Positions 25,324 to 37,039 of a stretch of 64,000 bases of DNA are shown here, piece after piece. Each line of letters begins with the position of its first letter. Position 1 is the first letter of the stretch. Position numbers and translations under genes: made by a program. The notes under the pieces were generated by a model, which saw only the letters and a program-made list of their open reading frames with translations, had not been told where the DNA came from and made no database searches. The DNA comes from the human T2T-CHM13v2.0 reference genome, Homo sapiens: the NCBI RefSeq assembly GCF_009914755.1, contig NC_060944.1; one strand, 5' to 3'.

Positions 25324-27491
25324 TGTATTAATCTGTTCTCATGCTGCTGATAAAGACATACCCAAGACTGGGTAATTTGTAAACAAAAAGAGGTTTAATA
25401 GACTCACAGTTCCACATGGCTGGGGAGGCCTCACAATCATTGTGGAAGGTGAAAGCCAAGTCATACATGGGGGCAGACAAGAGAAAAAATGAGAACCAAG
25501 CAAAAGGGGAAACCCGTTATGAAACCATCAGATCCCATGAGACTTATTCAGTATTATGAGAACAGTATGGGGGAAACCACCAACATGATTCAATTACCTC
25601 CCAGTGGGTCCCTCCCACAACATGTGGGAATTGTGGGAGCTACTATTCAAGATGAGATTTGGGTGGGGACACAGCCAAACCATATCATTCTGCCCCTGGC
25701 CCCTCCCAAATCTGATGTCCTCACATTTCAAAACCAATCATACCTTCCCAATAGTCCCTGAAAGTCTTAACTCATTTCAGCATTAACTCAAAAGTCTACA
25801 GTCCAAAGTCTCATCTAAGACAAGGCAAATATCCTACCTTAAATATACTTCCTATATACAGTAAAAGTACAGGAATTGGGTAAATACAGCTGTTCCAAAT
25901 GGGAGAAATTCACCAAAACAAAGGGGCTACTGGCCTCATGCAAGTCCGAAATCCAGTGGGGTAGTCAAATCTTAAAGCTCCAAAATGATCTCCTTTGACT
26001 CCATGTCTCACATCTGGGTCAGCTTCTGCAAGAGGTAGGTTCCCATGGTGTTGGACAGCTCCACTTCAGTGGCTTTGCAGGGTACATCCTCCCTCCCAGC
26101 TACTTTCATGGGCCAGCATTGAGCATCTGAGTGTTTTCTAGGTGCATGATGCAAGCTGTCAGTGGATCTACCTTTCGGGGGTCTAGAGAACCATGGCCCT
26201 CTTCTCACAGCTCCACCAGCAGTGCCCCAGTGGGGACTCTGTGGGGGCTTCAACCGCACATTTCCCTTTTACACTGCCCTAGCAGAGGTTCTCTTGACTT
26301 CTGTGCACCCACAGGCTCAACATCACATGGAAGCTGCCAAGGCTTGGAGTTTGCAGCCTCTGAAGGCACAGCCTGAGCTACCTTGGCCACTTTTAGCCAT
26401 GGCTAGAGTGTCTGGGATGCAGGGCACCAAGTCCCTAGGCTGCACACAGCAGGGGATCACTGGGCCTGGCCCACAGAACCATTTTTTCCTTCTAGGCCTC
26501 TGGGCCTATGATGGGAGGGGCTACCTCAAAGGTATCTGACATGCCGTGGAGACATTTTCCCCATTGTCTTGGTGATTAACATTTGGCTCCTTGTTACTTA
26601 CGCAAATTTCTTCAGGGGCTTGAATTTCTCCTCAGAAAATGGGTTTTTCTTTTCTATTGCATCATCAGGCTGCACATTTTTCAAACTTTCATACCGTTTC
26701 CCTTTTAAAACTGAATGCTTTTCACAGCACCCAAATCACCTCTTGAATGCTTTGCTGCTTAGAAATTTCTTCTGCCAGATACCCTAAATCATCTCTTTCA
26801 AGTTCAAAGTTCCAGAAATCTTTAGGGCAGGGGCAAAATGCCACCAGTCTTTTTGCTAAAATACAGCAAGTGTCACTTTTACTCCAGTTTCCAACAAATT
26901 CCTCAACTCTATCTGAGACAAACTCAGCCTGGATATCATTGTCCATCATTATCAGCATTTTGGTCAAAGCCATTCACCAAGTCTCTAGGAAGTTCCAAAC
27001 TTTCATACATTTTTCTGTCTTCTTCTGAGCCCTCCAAACTGTTCCAACTTCTGCCTGTTACCCAGTTCCAAAGTCGCTTCCACATTTTCCAGTATCTTTA
27101 CAGCATCACACCACTCTACCAGTACCAATTTCTTGTATTAGTCTGTTCTCACAGTGCTGATAAAGACACACCTGAGACTGTGTAATTTGTGAACAAAAAG
27201 GGGTTTGATGAACTCACAGTTCCACATGGCTGGGGAGGCTTCACAATCATTGTGGAAGGTGAAAGGCATGTTTTACATGGCAGACAAGAGAGAAAATAGC
27301 CATGTGAAAAGGGAAGCCCCTTATAAAACCATCAGATTTTGTGAGACTTATTCACTATCACAAGAACAGTATGGGGGAAACTGCCCCCATGGTTCAATTA
27401 CCTACTACCAGGTCCCTCCTACAACATGTAGGAATTATGGGAGCCATAATTCACGATGAGATTTTGGTGGGGACACAGCCAAACCATATCA
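25324..27491 (-). mobile_element. Full-length MaLR provirus, THE1B-like (LTR-int-LTR)
   Basis: LTRs 25324-25687 and 27134-27491 (TGTATTA ... CCATATCA); perfect 5-bp TSD GGCAC at 25319-25323 and 27492-27496. Confidence 0.95.
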
Positions 27492-28522
27492 GGCACCATC
27501 AGTAATGTCTTTTTTAGACTTTTGAATCATGGGAAACTGCAAATTTGAGTTGGACATAATAAAATATAATATGTTAAGGATACTTCATTAGCCATTAATA
27601 ATTAACTACTAATGTTTATGAACTTCCTGGGTGTGTGACCTTTGCTTGGTTCTACAACATGTCATGTTTCCTGTTCCAAATGTCAAGGAAATCTCCATGC
27701 TCTGTGTTTAATTTTCATGCGTAGGCAGACAAATTTGTCCTCTCAAATATGGTCTTGGTCCAAATTTGTCAAGTCCACTTCACTTGGTTTCTGGTTGTTC
27801 ATCAATATTTTTGTGGTTCAGCAATAATTTTTGTGAATAATGACGCATACTCACAAGTTTGGTATCATGACAGGTATCTGAATAATTGATAAGATCATAT
27901 TAAAATTAAATACTAGAAATATGATATATACAGAATTGAAGCTTTTAGATCAAACCTAACAACATGGTAAAATAATGACCTAGAGTTTTTCCAGATTTTC
28001 CTCAATTCTCTAATAAATAATTCAAGAGGTGTTATTTTCTCCATTTACTTCAAATACCCATTGGTAAAATTGCTCCCACATTCTACCTCTTGGCCCCCAC
28101 CCACAACCTCTCAAGAAGCTATTACATTATAAGTAAATATTAGGTGGTTAAAATTGTATTCATGCATATTTGCACAGTAGGCAGTTAAATCAGCTCCATT
28201 ACTGTGTTCTATGAAACTACATAATTACAGACCCTTCAAAGTGCATATTATTAACTTGGTGCATGACTACCTCCAAGCAAACATGCTGTAGATGAGTTGA
28301 GTCAATATTCACATGGTATTTTTCAGCTTTCAGTCTTGGGAAGAAGTAAAATACAGAGGCTTCTGGGTATGTGGTAAGGAAGAGTTGAACATGAACTAAA
28401 TTTTCCACATAATCATCTAAGATTTCAAATATCCACTTATCGATACTCTGTTTTATACCAATATATGTATCCAAAATATCCAATGATTTCCTGAATGTCA
28501 TTGTGCATATGATATTTGATTT

Positions 28523-28635
28523 AATATATATGTATATGTGTATATTTATATATACACACATATATAAATGTACATATATACGTATATAAATATATGTACC
28601 CATACACATATGTATAAAATCAAATATCATATGCA
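28523..28635. repeat. (TA)/(TACA) low-complexity tract
   Basis: Run of ATATAT/ACAT units. Confidence 0.85.
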
Positions 28636-29229
28636 CAAAGACATTCAGAACATCACTGGATTTTATATATAGTAGCCAGGATTGGGATAAGCCAATTGAC
28701 AAATGAGAATATAAGTTTATTTAGTTAAAATAGAAATATACGTTTCCAGTGCATCCAAATCTAAACCCACAATATCCACCTTGCTACTAAATGTGTTCCC
28801 CTAGGTTTCTAGAAAACCTGATTAGTCTGCATAGGATTTCTTGGGCATTCTAGAATAAGAGCAAAAAGATATGAATAGAGTTGGAGACTTTAGTGCAAAC
28901 CTAGGTAAACCTTGGGAAACATCTTTGCCCCTCATTAGAGCACACATTTCTAATTTGCAGATTCTTCCCATACCCACAATTATGACTGCTCAGGTAACAG
29001 TAGGGACACACTCTTCCCTTCTTCTTTCTTATTTCCAGGTTGATCACCTTTGTTCAGATTGATGCATATTTGCTTCAGAAGCCTTGTAAGTTAGATTGTT
29101 TCTCCTATGGTCCCACCCTCTCCAGTTAAAAAATGGCTCTCTTCCCAAGAGATAGAGATAGACTGGTCATCTTCCCCACTTACCAATACCACATCCAGAC
29201 CAGGACTATACCACAGACCACCCAGCTTG

Positions 29230-30440
29230 ATCATTGCTGCACCCTTCTTATTCCTATTGTCCCTTTCCCTCTTTCACTGAAGAATGAGTACATTGTCTTC
29301 TTCACCCCAAGTTTTACCATCAATGTTGGCAACATCAATATCCACATGTATAGTTCATAAAACCACCTGGCCTCTGTCTATGACCTCATTTTCAGAAACT
29401 CACCTCCACCCCTCCTGAGCCACACACTCTCATGCTTGAGCCCACCATCAACAGAGCCTGCTCCATTTATGAACTATTGAATTAAAATGTCCCACTCTAA
29501 TGACCATATTCTCCCATTCTATCTTCAACCTCCTGCCTCACTGATTCATTCATGTCCATGACACCACCCATGTAATAAAACCATAAGGCTAGATCAGCTT
29601 GGACAGCTTTTTTTTTTTTTTTTTTTTTTGACAGGATCTTGCTTTGTCACCAATTGTTGGGATGCAGTGGTGCAATCTTGGCTCTCTTGCAGGCTGAAAC
29701 TCTTGGGCTCAAGCAATCATCCCACCTTAGCATCCTGAGTAGCTGGGACTACAAGTGTAGGCCATCATGCCAGCTAATTAAAAAAAAAAGAAAAAATGTT
29801 GGAGAGAAAATGTCTCACTATTTGGCCCAGGCTGGTCTCAAATTCTTGGGCTCAAGGGATCCTCCTTCAACCTCCGAAAATGCAGGGATTACAGGCATGA
29901 GTCACCATGTTTGGCCATGTGTTTTCTTTATGTTCACAGTCCTGGACATAAAGGAATGACTAACTGACAGCACAGCCTGACTGCAGCTGATTGTTTCTGA
30001 TAATCATGCTACCCATGCTCAAACACACAAAAACATGGCACGTGCAACTCTAAATGATTGTCCTTGAAACTCATTTGAGCCTTCAGCCCTTGTTTGACTC
30101 ATATGCAGCTCTCTCTTTCCTTCTCTACTGGAGCCATTTCAATTTTTTTTATTTCTTCTCTCTGAACTTGACATTCATTCGTCTTACTTCAAAGACGAAA
30201 TAAGTCCCATCAGGTGGGAACAACCCCCACTTCCAGTTGTCATTCTACATCCATACTTTGTAGACTGTTTCCTCTCTGCCTTGTTTGTTTGCTTTCCCTT
30301 GCTTCTGAATACTGTCCAACAGTATTGCATCATGTTGAAATCACTCCTCAATTAGTAATTAAGAAGGAAACAACCTACTCCAAGCACTGATAACCCCATT
30401 AAAATATTTCTATTTCCCTCTTCACTGAAGCCAAATTTTT
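29230..30440 (+). mobile_element. L2 body fragments split by an Alu
   Basis: Pyrimidine-rich L2 motifs: TCAATATCCACATG, CCACCCCTCCTGAGCCACACACTC, TCCCACTCTAATGACCA. Confidence 0.6.
29608..29916 (-). mobile_element. AluJ
   Basis: Poly(T), GACAGGATCTTGCTTTGTCACC ... TTGGCC; J-type GGGCTCAAGCAATC. Confidence 0.95.
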
Positions 30441-30449
30441 CCTTCTCCT

Positions 30450-30822
30450 TTTCCTTTTCATTGAGGTGAAATTCAAATAGCATAAAATCAACCATTTTGA
30501 AGTGAACAAGTCAGTGGCTATTAGTACATAGACAATGTTGGACAACCATCATCTCTGTCTGTCTCCTAAATATTTTCATCATCTGAAAAGAAAACCACGT
30601 ATCCAATAAACCGTTATTCCCTATTCTTTTCCCCAAGCCTCTAGCAACCACCGATCTGTTTTCTGTCTGTGTGCATTTACCTATTTGGATATCTCATATT
30701 ACATCAAATCATACAATGCATGACCTTTTGTGTTTGGTTTCTTTTAGTTAACATAAGGTTTTCATAGTATATCCATATGGTAGTACATATCAATATTTTT
30801 TGTGACTGAATAATTTTCCATT
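30450..30822 (-). mobile_element. L1MB-like 3' end
   Basis: TTCATTGAGGTGAAATTCAAATAGCATAAAATCAACCATTTTGAAGTG ... TGACTGAATAATTTTCCATTGT. Confidence 0.85.
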
Positions 30823-30887
30823 GTGTGTGTGTGTGTATATATGTATATGTATATATATATATATACACATGCATATACATATATACA
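30822..30887. repeat. (TG)n(TA)n compound microsatellite
   Basis: Seen directly. Confidence 0.9.
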
Positions 30888-30894
30888 TTGTGAC

Positions 30895-31177
30895 ACATGG
30901 GAGCGTGAAGTAATTGAATCATGGGTATTTTCTGTGCTATTATTGTGATAGTAAATAAGTTTCATGAGATCTGATGGTTTTATAAAGAGGAGTTGCCCCT
31001 GCACAAGCTCTCTTGCCTGCCACCATGTAAGATGTGACTTTGCTCCTCCTTCACCTTCTGCCATGATTGTGATGCCTCCCCAGCCATGTGAAAGTGAGTC
31101 CATGAAGCCTGTTTTTCTTTATAAATTGCCCAGTCTTGGGTATGTCTTTATTACCAGCATGAGAACAGACTAATATA
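30895..31177 (+). mobile_element. THE1A/B solo LTR, 5' truncated
   Basis: GTAATTGAATCATGGG ... GAGATCTGATGGTTTTATAA ... GAGAACAGACTAATATA; lacks the TGATATGG start. Confidence 0.9.
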
Positions 31178-31425
31178 ACATCCTAGAGAGTGTGACGTGA
31201 TACCCTACTATAGTTTGGTAACTTAGGGGATCAGATTCTCTCCCTCCCCAGAGTTCACTGTTGTTGATATTTTATGGCTATAGATATCCATTTATTCAGT
31301 TACTTTTGCAAACTATTTTCACAAAGAAAGACTGTATTTCTTGTCATTTGTGGTCACTAAAGTTTCTGCTTTGTTATCTCAGTAGTCAGCCAGTGACCTA
31401 ACAGAAATCAGAAATGTTCTTAAAC

Positions 31426-31439
31426 TTTTCTTTCTTTCC

Positions 31440-31507
<68 letters not shown>

Positions 31508-31524
31508 TTTTTTTTTTTTTTTTT
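31426..31524. repeat. (TTTC)n STR plus poly(T), an Alu tail
   Basis: Long (TTTC) array running into poly(T). Confidence 0.95.
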
Positions 31525-31740
31525 GACAGGGTCTCACTCTGTTGCCCAGACTGGAGTGTAGTGGTGTGATCAAGGCTCACAGGCATGCACCAGCACACCC
31601 ATCATATTTGTTTTGTTTTGTGTAGAAATGGGGTCTTGCTGTGTTGCGCAGGAAGGGCTCAAACTTCTGGGCTCAAGCAATCCTCGTGTGTTGGCCTCCG
31701 AAAGTGCTTGGATTACAGGTGTGAGCCACCATGCTTGGCC
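31505..31740 (-). mobile_element. AluJ with internal deletion
   Basis: GACAGGGTCTCACTCTG ... GGCTCAC joined directly to AGGCATGCACC; ends CTTGGCC. Confidence 0.92.
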
Positions 31741-32360
31741 AAAATGATTTTCTTCAAGGCTGCCTATGACTCTGCCCTAGTCTTTACCTCCTACTTGCAT
31801 GGTGCCTACAGATCAGCCAGAGGTGGAAGCCTAGAGTCCTCTCACATCTGTTCTGAGCATGTTTTGGGTACTGGGCATTTTGTGTTTCACTCTGTCTTCT
31901 CTAGCATATGTGATGGCTCTTGGAACCCTCATTTTCTCATTAACCTTCTTCTGCCTCCTCCTTCCCAGACCTGGAGTTTTTGTCTATTGCTTATCCCATC
32001 TGATATCCCTTTTCCAAGTGCACATGGGATATGTATGTGTTTAAATCTTTTCACAGCCACTTCCAAAGTCTGAGTAGCGACTCCATCCCAAGTTGGAGGG
32101 GTGGAATGGTGATGAAACAATTGTCAGTCTCTGTACCATTCTCTCAGGGAACCACAAGACAGACCAAAATCCACAACCACAGTATTTTAGGGACAAGGTT
32201 TGTATTAATACCCTGGCATAAATAAGCTAACAAGCAGCATAGGCCACTTTCTCTGCAGCTGCCACTGCTGCAGCCCCACAACACTAGAGAATGGGGAATG
32301 GTATTCAGGTGGGGGAAATGTCACAATGCTCTCTCACTGAATTTCAGCTGCCCTTTAATG

Positions 32361-32401
32361 GATTTGACTCAACTTTGATTTGACTCAACTTTGATTTGAC
32401 T
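32361..32401. repeat. 16-bp tandem repeat x2.5 containing AP-1 sites
   Basis: GATTTGACTCAACTTT x2 plus GATTTGACT. Confidence 0.95.
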
Positions 32402-32559
32402 ATCTCATGGACTTTCCAAGATTTTACTTTTGCAACACAGCTATTTTCTGGGTAGTTTTTCCAAAGAGTTGAATTTACAAGGATTCTATTAGGATTATTA
32501 TATCTACAGATTTACTATCCCCATTTACTCTCTGTTCCTCTTTCTCATTCAATCCCCGT

Positions 32560-32924
32560 TGCTATGGTCTTAATGTTTGTGTCCCCTCCTAATTTATATA
32601 TGGGAACCTAATCACCAATGCAGTGGCACTAGAAGATGGGGCCATGGAGAGCTAATTAGGTCTTGAGAGTGAAGTACTCTTGAATGGGATCAGTGCCCTT
32701 ATAAAAGAGGCCCCAGAGAGCTAGCTAACCCCTTCCACCATGTGAGGACACAGCTAGAAGTTGGCAATTTGAAAGGGAAAGGAGAGCCCTCACCTGAATC
32801 CAAGCATGCTGGGACCCCAGTCATGGACTTCTAAGCTTCCAGAACTGTAAGAAACAAATTTATGTTGTTTATAATCTTACTAGGTTATGCTATTTTGCTA
32901 CAGCAGCCCAAACAGATAAAGACA
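32560..32924 (+). mobile_element. MLT1A0-like solo LTR
   Basis: TGCTATGGTCTTAATGTTTGTGTCCCC ... GCCCTTATAAAAGAGGCCCCAGAGAG ... AAAGACA. Confidence 0.9.
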
Positions 32925-34572
32925 CTTATCATTGTCTCCATTAATTACTTCCATCCATGAGGATGCTAGATCAAAGCCAATCACACCATGTATTTTGAAA
33001 AGTTGTTGCCTGTATATATTGGCATTTATATTCATTTCTTTTTGGCTTCTAATGCTAAGATTTCTTTTTTTTTCTTCCTTGCTTCTTTATTTTTCTTTTT
33101 GCCTTGAGAGTATGTTGGGAATAGTACAGTGAGTGAGTTCTGTCATACTTAACTTTTGAAAAAAGAACAAGAGGCTCAGTGGTCTAACTGTATATCATCT
33201 CATTACTTAAACCTTCAACTTCTCAACAGAAAGAAAGATAAATATTGCAAAAGAGATTTATCATTGTTTGAGTAAAGGCTTGAGTAAAGACTCATGATTA
33301 TAGAACAAGAATTACCATAAAGGAAACTACCCACTAAAAACCAGATTGCTTGAACCTTGCACTATTACTTTTTTCAAAAAGCAAGTATCTTTATTTATGG
33401 ATCTCAAAGATGTGCTCTTCTCTCCCTGGAGTCCATTCTTGACCATACTGATGACTAGAATGCTGTCTAGACATCAGACTCTCACCCATCATTCTGGTCA
33501 TTTTGTTGACCCGTTCTCTGCCATCATAATAGTCTCTCCCTGCTCTGCTCTTTTTCTCATCACTCTAATATGTAACATAGGCACTAGGGAACCCTGATTT
33601 CAGATTCGTTCACTGCTGGAACACTGGGAAAGCCTCATTTCCATGGTAAGCATCTTGGATTGCTCCAAGACAGGATTTATTTTTAACGTTCCACATTGCA
33701 CATTGTTGGCTCTCCAATATCTTCTAGCAATAAGATGCCAACAAGACAAAACACATGAAAAAGAAGAAAAACACCCAAACATTTTCTTTCCCCCTTTCCA
33801 TGTTCTCCCCAAGCCAAGTTTGGAATGGCTTAAAGAGTGTTTTTTCCTCTTCCTTTTTTCTTTGCCTAGAACTGGCTGCTGTGAGGCATCTTTTTGGATT
33901 CAGACATTTTCCTGTCGGCTTGCCCTGGGGTACCTACCATTGAAGTCTAATACATTTTACTTATTCAAGATTACACTGCCTAAGGGAGAAGCAGCTCTCT
34001 GGTTGAAGAACAACAGGCTCTACATTTTAAGGATTCTGTATTGAGTGTAATTAGACACATACCTTTGGATTTATGGCTCTGCTAAGTCTTTAACCCATTC
34101 TGATCATCTCCAAGGCCACAAAAATAAAAATGTCAAATGTATGTATAGTGGTTTGTCACTGTGTAAGGTGAATCACTAGAAGTAGAAGGCAAGTGTTTGG
34201 TCTTTGGAGATGGTCATGAGCAACAAACCAAAAGTTTCTGCTAAAAGTCTTGAGTTTTTCCTTGAAGAGAATTGCTCCCTGGAGAAAGAGTCTAAGTATA
34301 CAATTCATCAAGATTACCATTGAGTCACTTCTCCTTTGTTTCCCCTTTTCTTTCATCATGGCAGACATCTGCAGTCATACGTATGCGAATATTTGCAATG
34401 CATCTTTCCCCACTTCAAACATCTCAGGTCATTATCACAAAAGAAGTTGTGTTTTGTGGATGAATTTTTCCCAAGAAATAGTGCATGGGCCATTGATTCA
34501 CTCCACAGTTTTACTCCAGTCTCAAAGTATGTGTGGGCTTTAAAATGAAAGTATATAGAATACGGTTTACCT

Positions 34573-34872
34573 CCATCATTCTCAGCAAACTATTGCAAGG
34601 ACAAAAAACCAAACACCGCATGTTCTCACTCATAGGTGGGAATTGAACAATGAGAACACATGGACACAGGAAGGGGAACATCACACATCGGGGACTGTTG
34701 TGGGATGGGGGGATGGGGGAGGGATAGCATTAGGAGATAAACCTAATGCTAAATTACGAGTTAATGGGTGCAGCACACCAACATGGCACATGTATCCATA
34801 TGTAACAAACCTGCACGTTGTGCACATGTACCCTAAAACTTAAAGTATAATAATTATAATATTAAAAAAAAA
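34573..34872 (+). mobile_element. Young primate L1 (L1PA2-4-like), 5'-truncated 3' end
   Basis: Near-consensus CCATCATTCTCAGCAAACTA ... CATGTACCCTAAAACTTAAAGTATAATAA plus A-tail; G-rich 3' UTR tract; GAG rather than the L1HS-Ta ACA diagnostic. Confidence 0.96.
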
Positions 34873-34905
34873 GAAACATTTCAAAAGAGCTTCACCTGTG
34901 AGTTA

Positions 34906-34937
34906 CACAAAGACGATGTTGACACATCGTCTTTGTG
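34906..34937. repeat. Perfect 14-bp inverted repeat, 4-nt loop
   Basis: CACAAAGACGATGT-tgac-ACATCGTCTTTGTG. Confidence 0.97.
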
Positions 34938-35004
34938 GAGTCCACCAGTATAGAAAGCTTTTTAACTTTCTTTGACCTATCTACTACTGAATGTTTTCTT
35001 AAAA

Positions 35005-35173
35005 ATATCATGCTACTGTAATTGTGGTCAGGAGATGAGTGCTAGCATACAAACTATTTGTAACACACCCATGAACAAAGAAGATTAAAAGTACATTCTC
35101 GAATTTTAAATTGATTACAGAGCAGTAACCACTATTGGTACTGAATCCTGGACCGCATGATGAGTAGCACTGT
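35005..35173. mobile_element. hAT-Charlie DNA transposon end (MER119/Charlie7-like)
   Basis: Ends TGGACCGCATGATGAGTAGCACTG, a Charlie-type TIR. Confidence 0.55.
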
Positions 35174-35313
35174 CTCACAGGCCCTAGTACTAGCCCCAGG
35201 AACACATAACACATTGGCACAGATTTAGAAAACAAATATCTGATGTCTATAAATGTGTGTATGTGTTTAAATAGCTTCTCAAATAAATTTAGAATCAAAA
35301 GGTTCTATAATCT

Positions 35314-35826
35314 GGGGACTTCTACTTTTGAGAAGATGGAGTAGACATATTTTTCCCTATTCTTCCCACTAAGTACAAATAAAAACCTTGGACATATATA
35401 TACATAAAACTTAAGGTGACTCTGAAAGTTATAGAGAAGAAGGGAGGCTAGCTAGGGAGCTTGAGGTCCAAGGAAGCGCATGGTAGTGAGTCTTCTGTGT
35501 TTTCTTTGGCCTCATGAATCTCAGGCAGGGTGCTGGGTGCTGGAGAAGCCAGCAACCCAAAAACATTAACAGGCACAGACAAAGAAATCTCCAGGCTCAC
35601 ATGGTTTCACTAGGGAACTTCACCAAGCATTTAAAAAGAAATCAACACCAACTAACAATGAGCATGTTGGACACTGAAATTAAGAATCCAACGCCACTTG
35701 TAATTGCTTTAAAAGAGAATAATGTATGTGTAAGTCTGACAAAACATATACCAAACGTATATGCTGAAAACAATACAATGCTGATTAAATAAATCAAAGG
35801 AGACCTAAAAAAAGGAAAAAAAAAAA
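35314..35826 (+). mobile_element. Old L1 (L1MC/MD-like) 5' UTR fused to ORF2 fragments
   Basis: GGGACTTCTACTTTTGAGAAGATGGAGTAGAC 5' end, then CTCCAGGCTCACATGGTTTCACT and CTGAAAACAATACAATGCTGAT..AAATCAAAGGAGACCTAAA ORF2 pieces. Confidence 0.7.
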
Positions 35827-37039
35827 GAATACAGTTTACCTGTTTTCCTTCTCTGTAAAAAGGAAGAAGAAATAAAGTAAGTTCCACTTACTTTAAAAAA
35901 TTAGCTAGTCGGGGATAAGTATGAAAAGATGGAGGTGCTTATGTAGAACTTAACTGAGACTTCGAGTTAGAAAGTGAGTTGTCAGAGACTGAGAAGTAAA
36001 ATTTAGTTGAGACTATAATGCTGGGAGAACATCCTCTTTGTGTTTCCAACAGATTCCAGGAATCTAGAAACATAAAATCCCCTCTAATTTTTTTAAGCAT
36101 CAAAGACAAAAGCAAACCAAACAAATCTGTGTATCACATAAACAAACACAACAGTAAAATTGTTGTACATTGTATGAGCATTGCTAAATAATTTCCTCTA
36201 TTAAAAATGATGAAAAAGTCCTGCTCTGATTTATTTGAGATTACCATGTGGAGATGTTGGGGACAATTTTAGTGAGCCCCTTTAGAGCCAGTCTGATGTA
36301 AGAAGATCATGAGCCAACATTCACAGGCTACACAAAGGAAAGATTTATTAGGCAGCCAGAAATCCAGACATCTAGCAGGTTTGGCATTATTCTGCTCACC
36401 ACAGTAGAAATTACCCAAGACTTCGTTAATGCTTGCTTGGTTGCAAATGTCTTACTGCTGCTTATACAGTGCTCCTTGGGCAGTGATTTTCATTTGGAAG
36501 AGCTATTGACAATACGTATTTTTTTTTTCTAAAAAAGAATAAACGGCCAAACAATATGCTCATCACCAAGTAACAATGATTACAGCCAAAGCAAAATAAA
36601 GGGATTAAAAATCGTCTGATAGCCACTTATTTTTTTGGCTAAGAGAGTTCCTTCCATAGACATTTATAGGTAGAGTCTTTATACCTTTGCCATAACTGTC
36701 TTTTAATTATTTTATTCCAGAAAGCACCAATTACATTTGCTGTATCTTAGAAAATTATTCCTAGTCCCCAATGCTGAGTAGTTGTACTTTCTTGACTAAG
36801 AATTATTAGTAGAATGAAGACATAAGAGTGTACTCATCCTCCATCTTCTTGCTCTTGAAGGCATTGAGTACACTTCAAAGATCCCAGCTCAAGTGCTAGG
36901 GATAATCCATAACCTTAGCAAGATCAAGCTCAGTTTCTATTTCTTAATCTCCATTTACAGTGTGGCACCAGTCTCTGTATTGCCAGGTTTACACTGAGAA
37001 AGCACTATTCATGTTTCAGTTAATCAAGAGAACATCTCT

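Larger units (their letters stand above)
31200..32345 (-). mobile_element. Old L1M 5'/ORF1-side region, split by an Alu
   Basis: ATCAGATTCTCTCCCTCCCCAG, GGTCACTAAAGTTTCTG and CAGATCAGCCAGAGGTG are typical antisense L1M4/L1MC segments. Confidence 0.6.

Noticed and set aside
28217-28702. 161-aa minus-strand ORF
   Set aside because: Non-ATG start and a long stretch encoded by (TA)-rich low complexity.
31585-32073. 162-aa ORF, the longest in the track
   Set aside because: Starts inside an AluJ and runs through antisense L1; no domain-like content.
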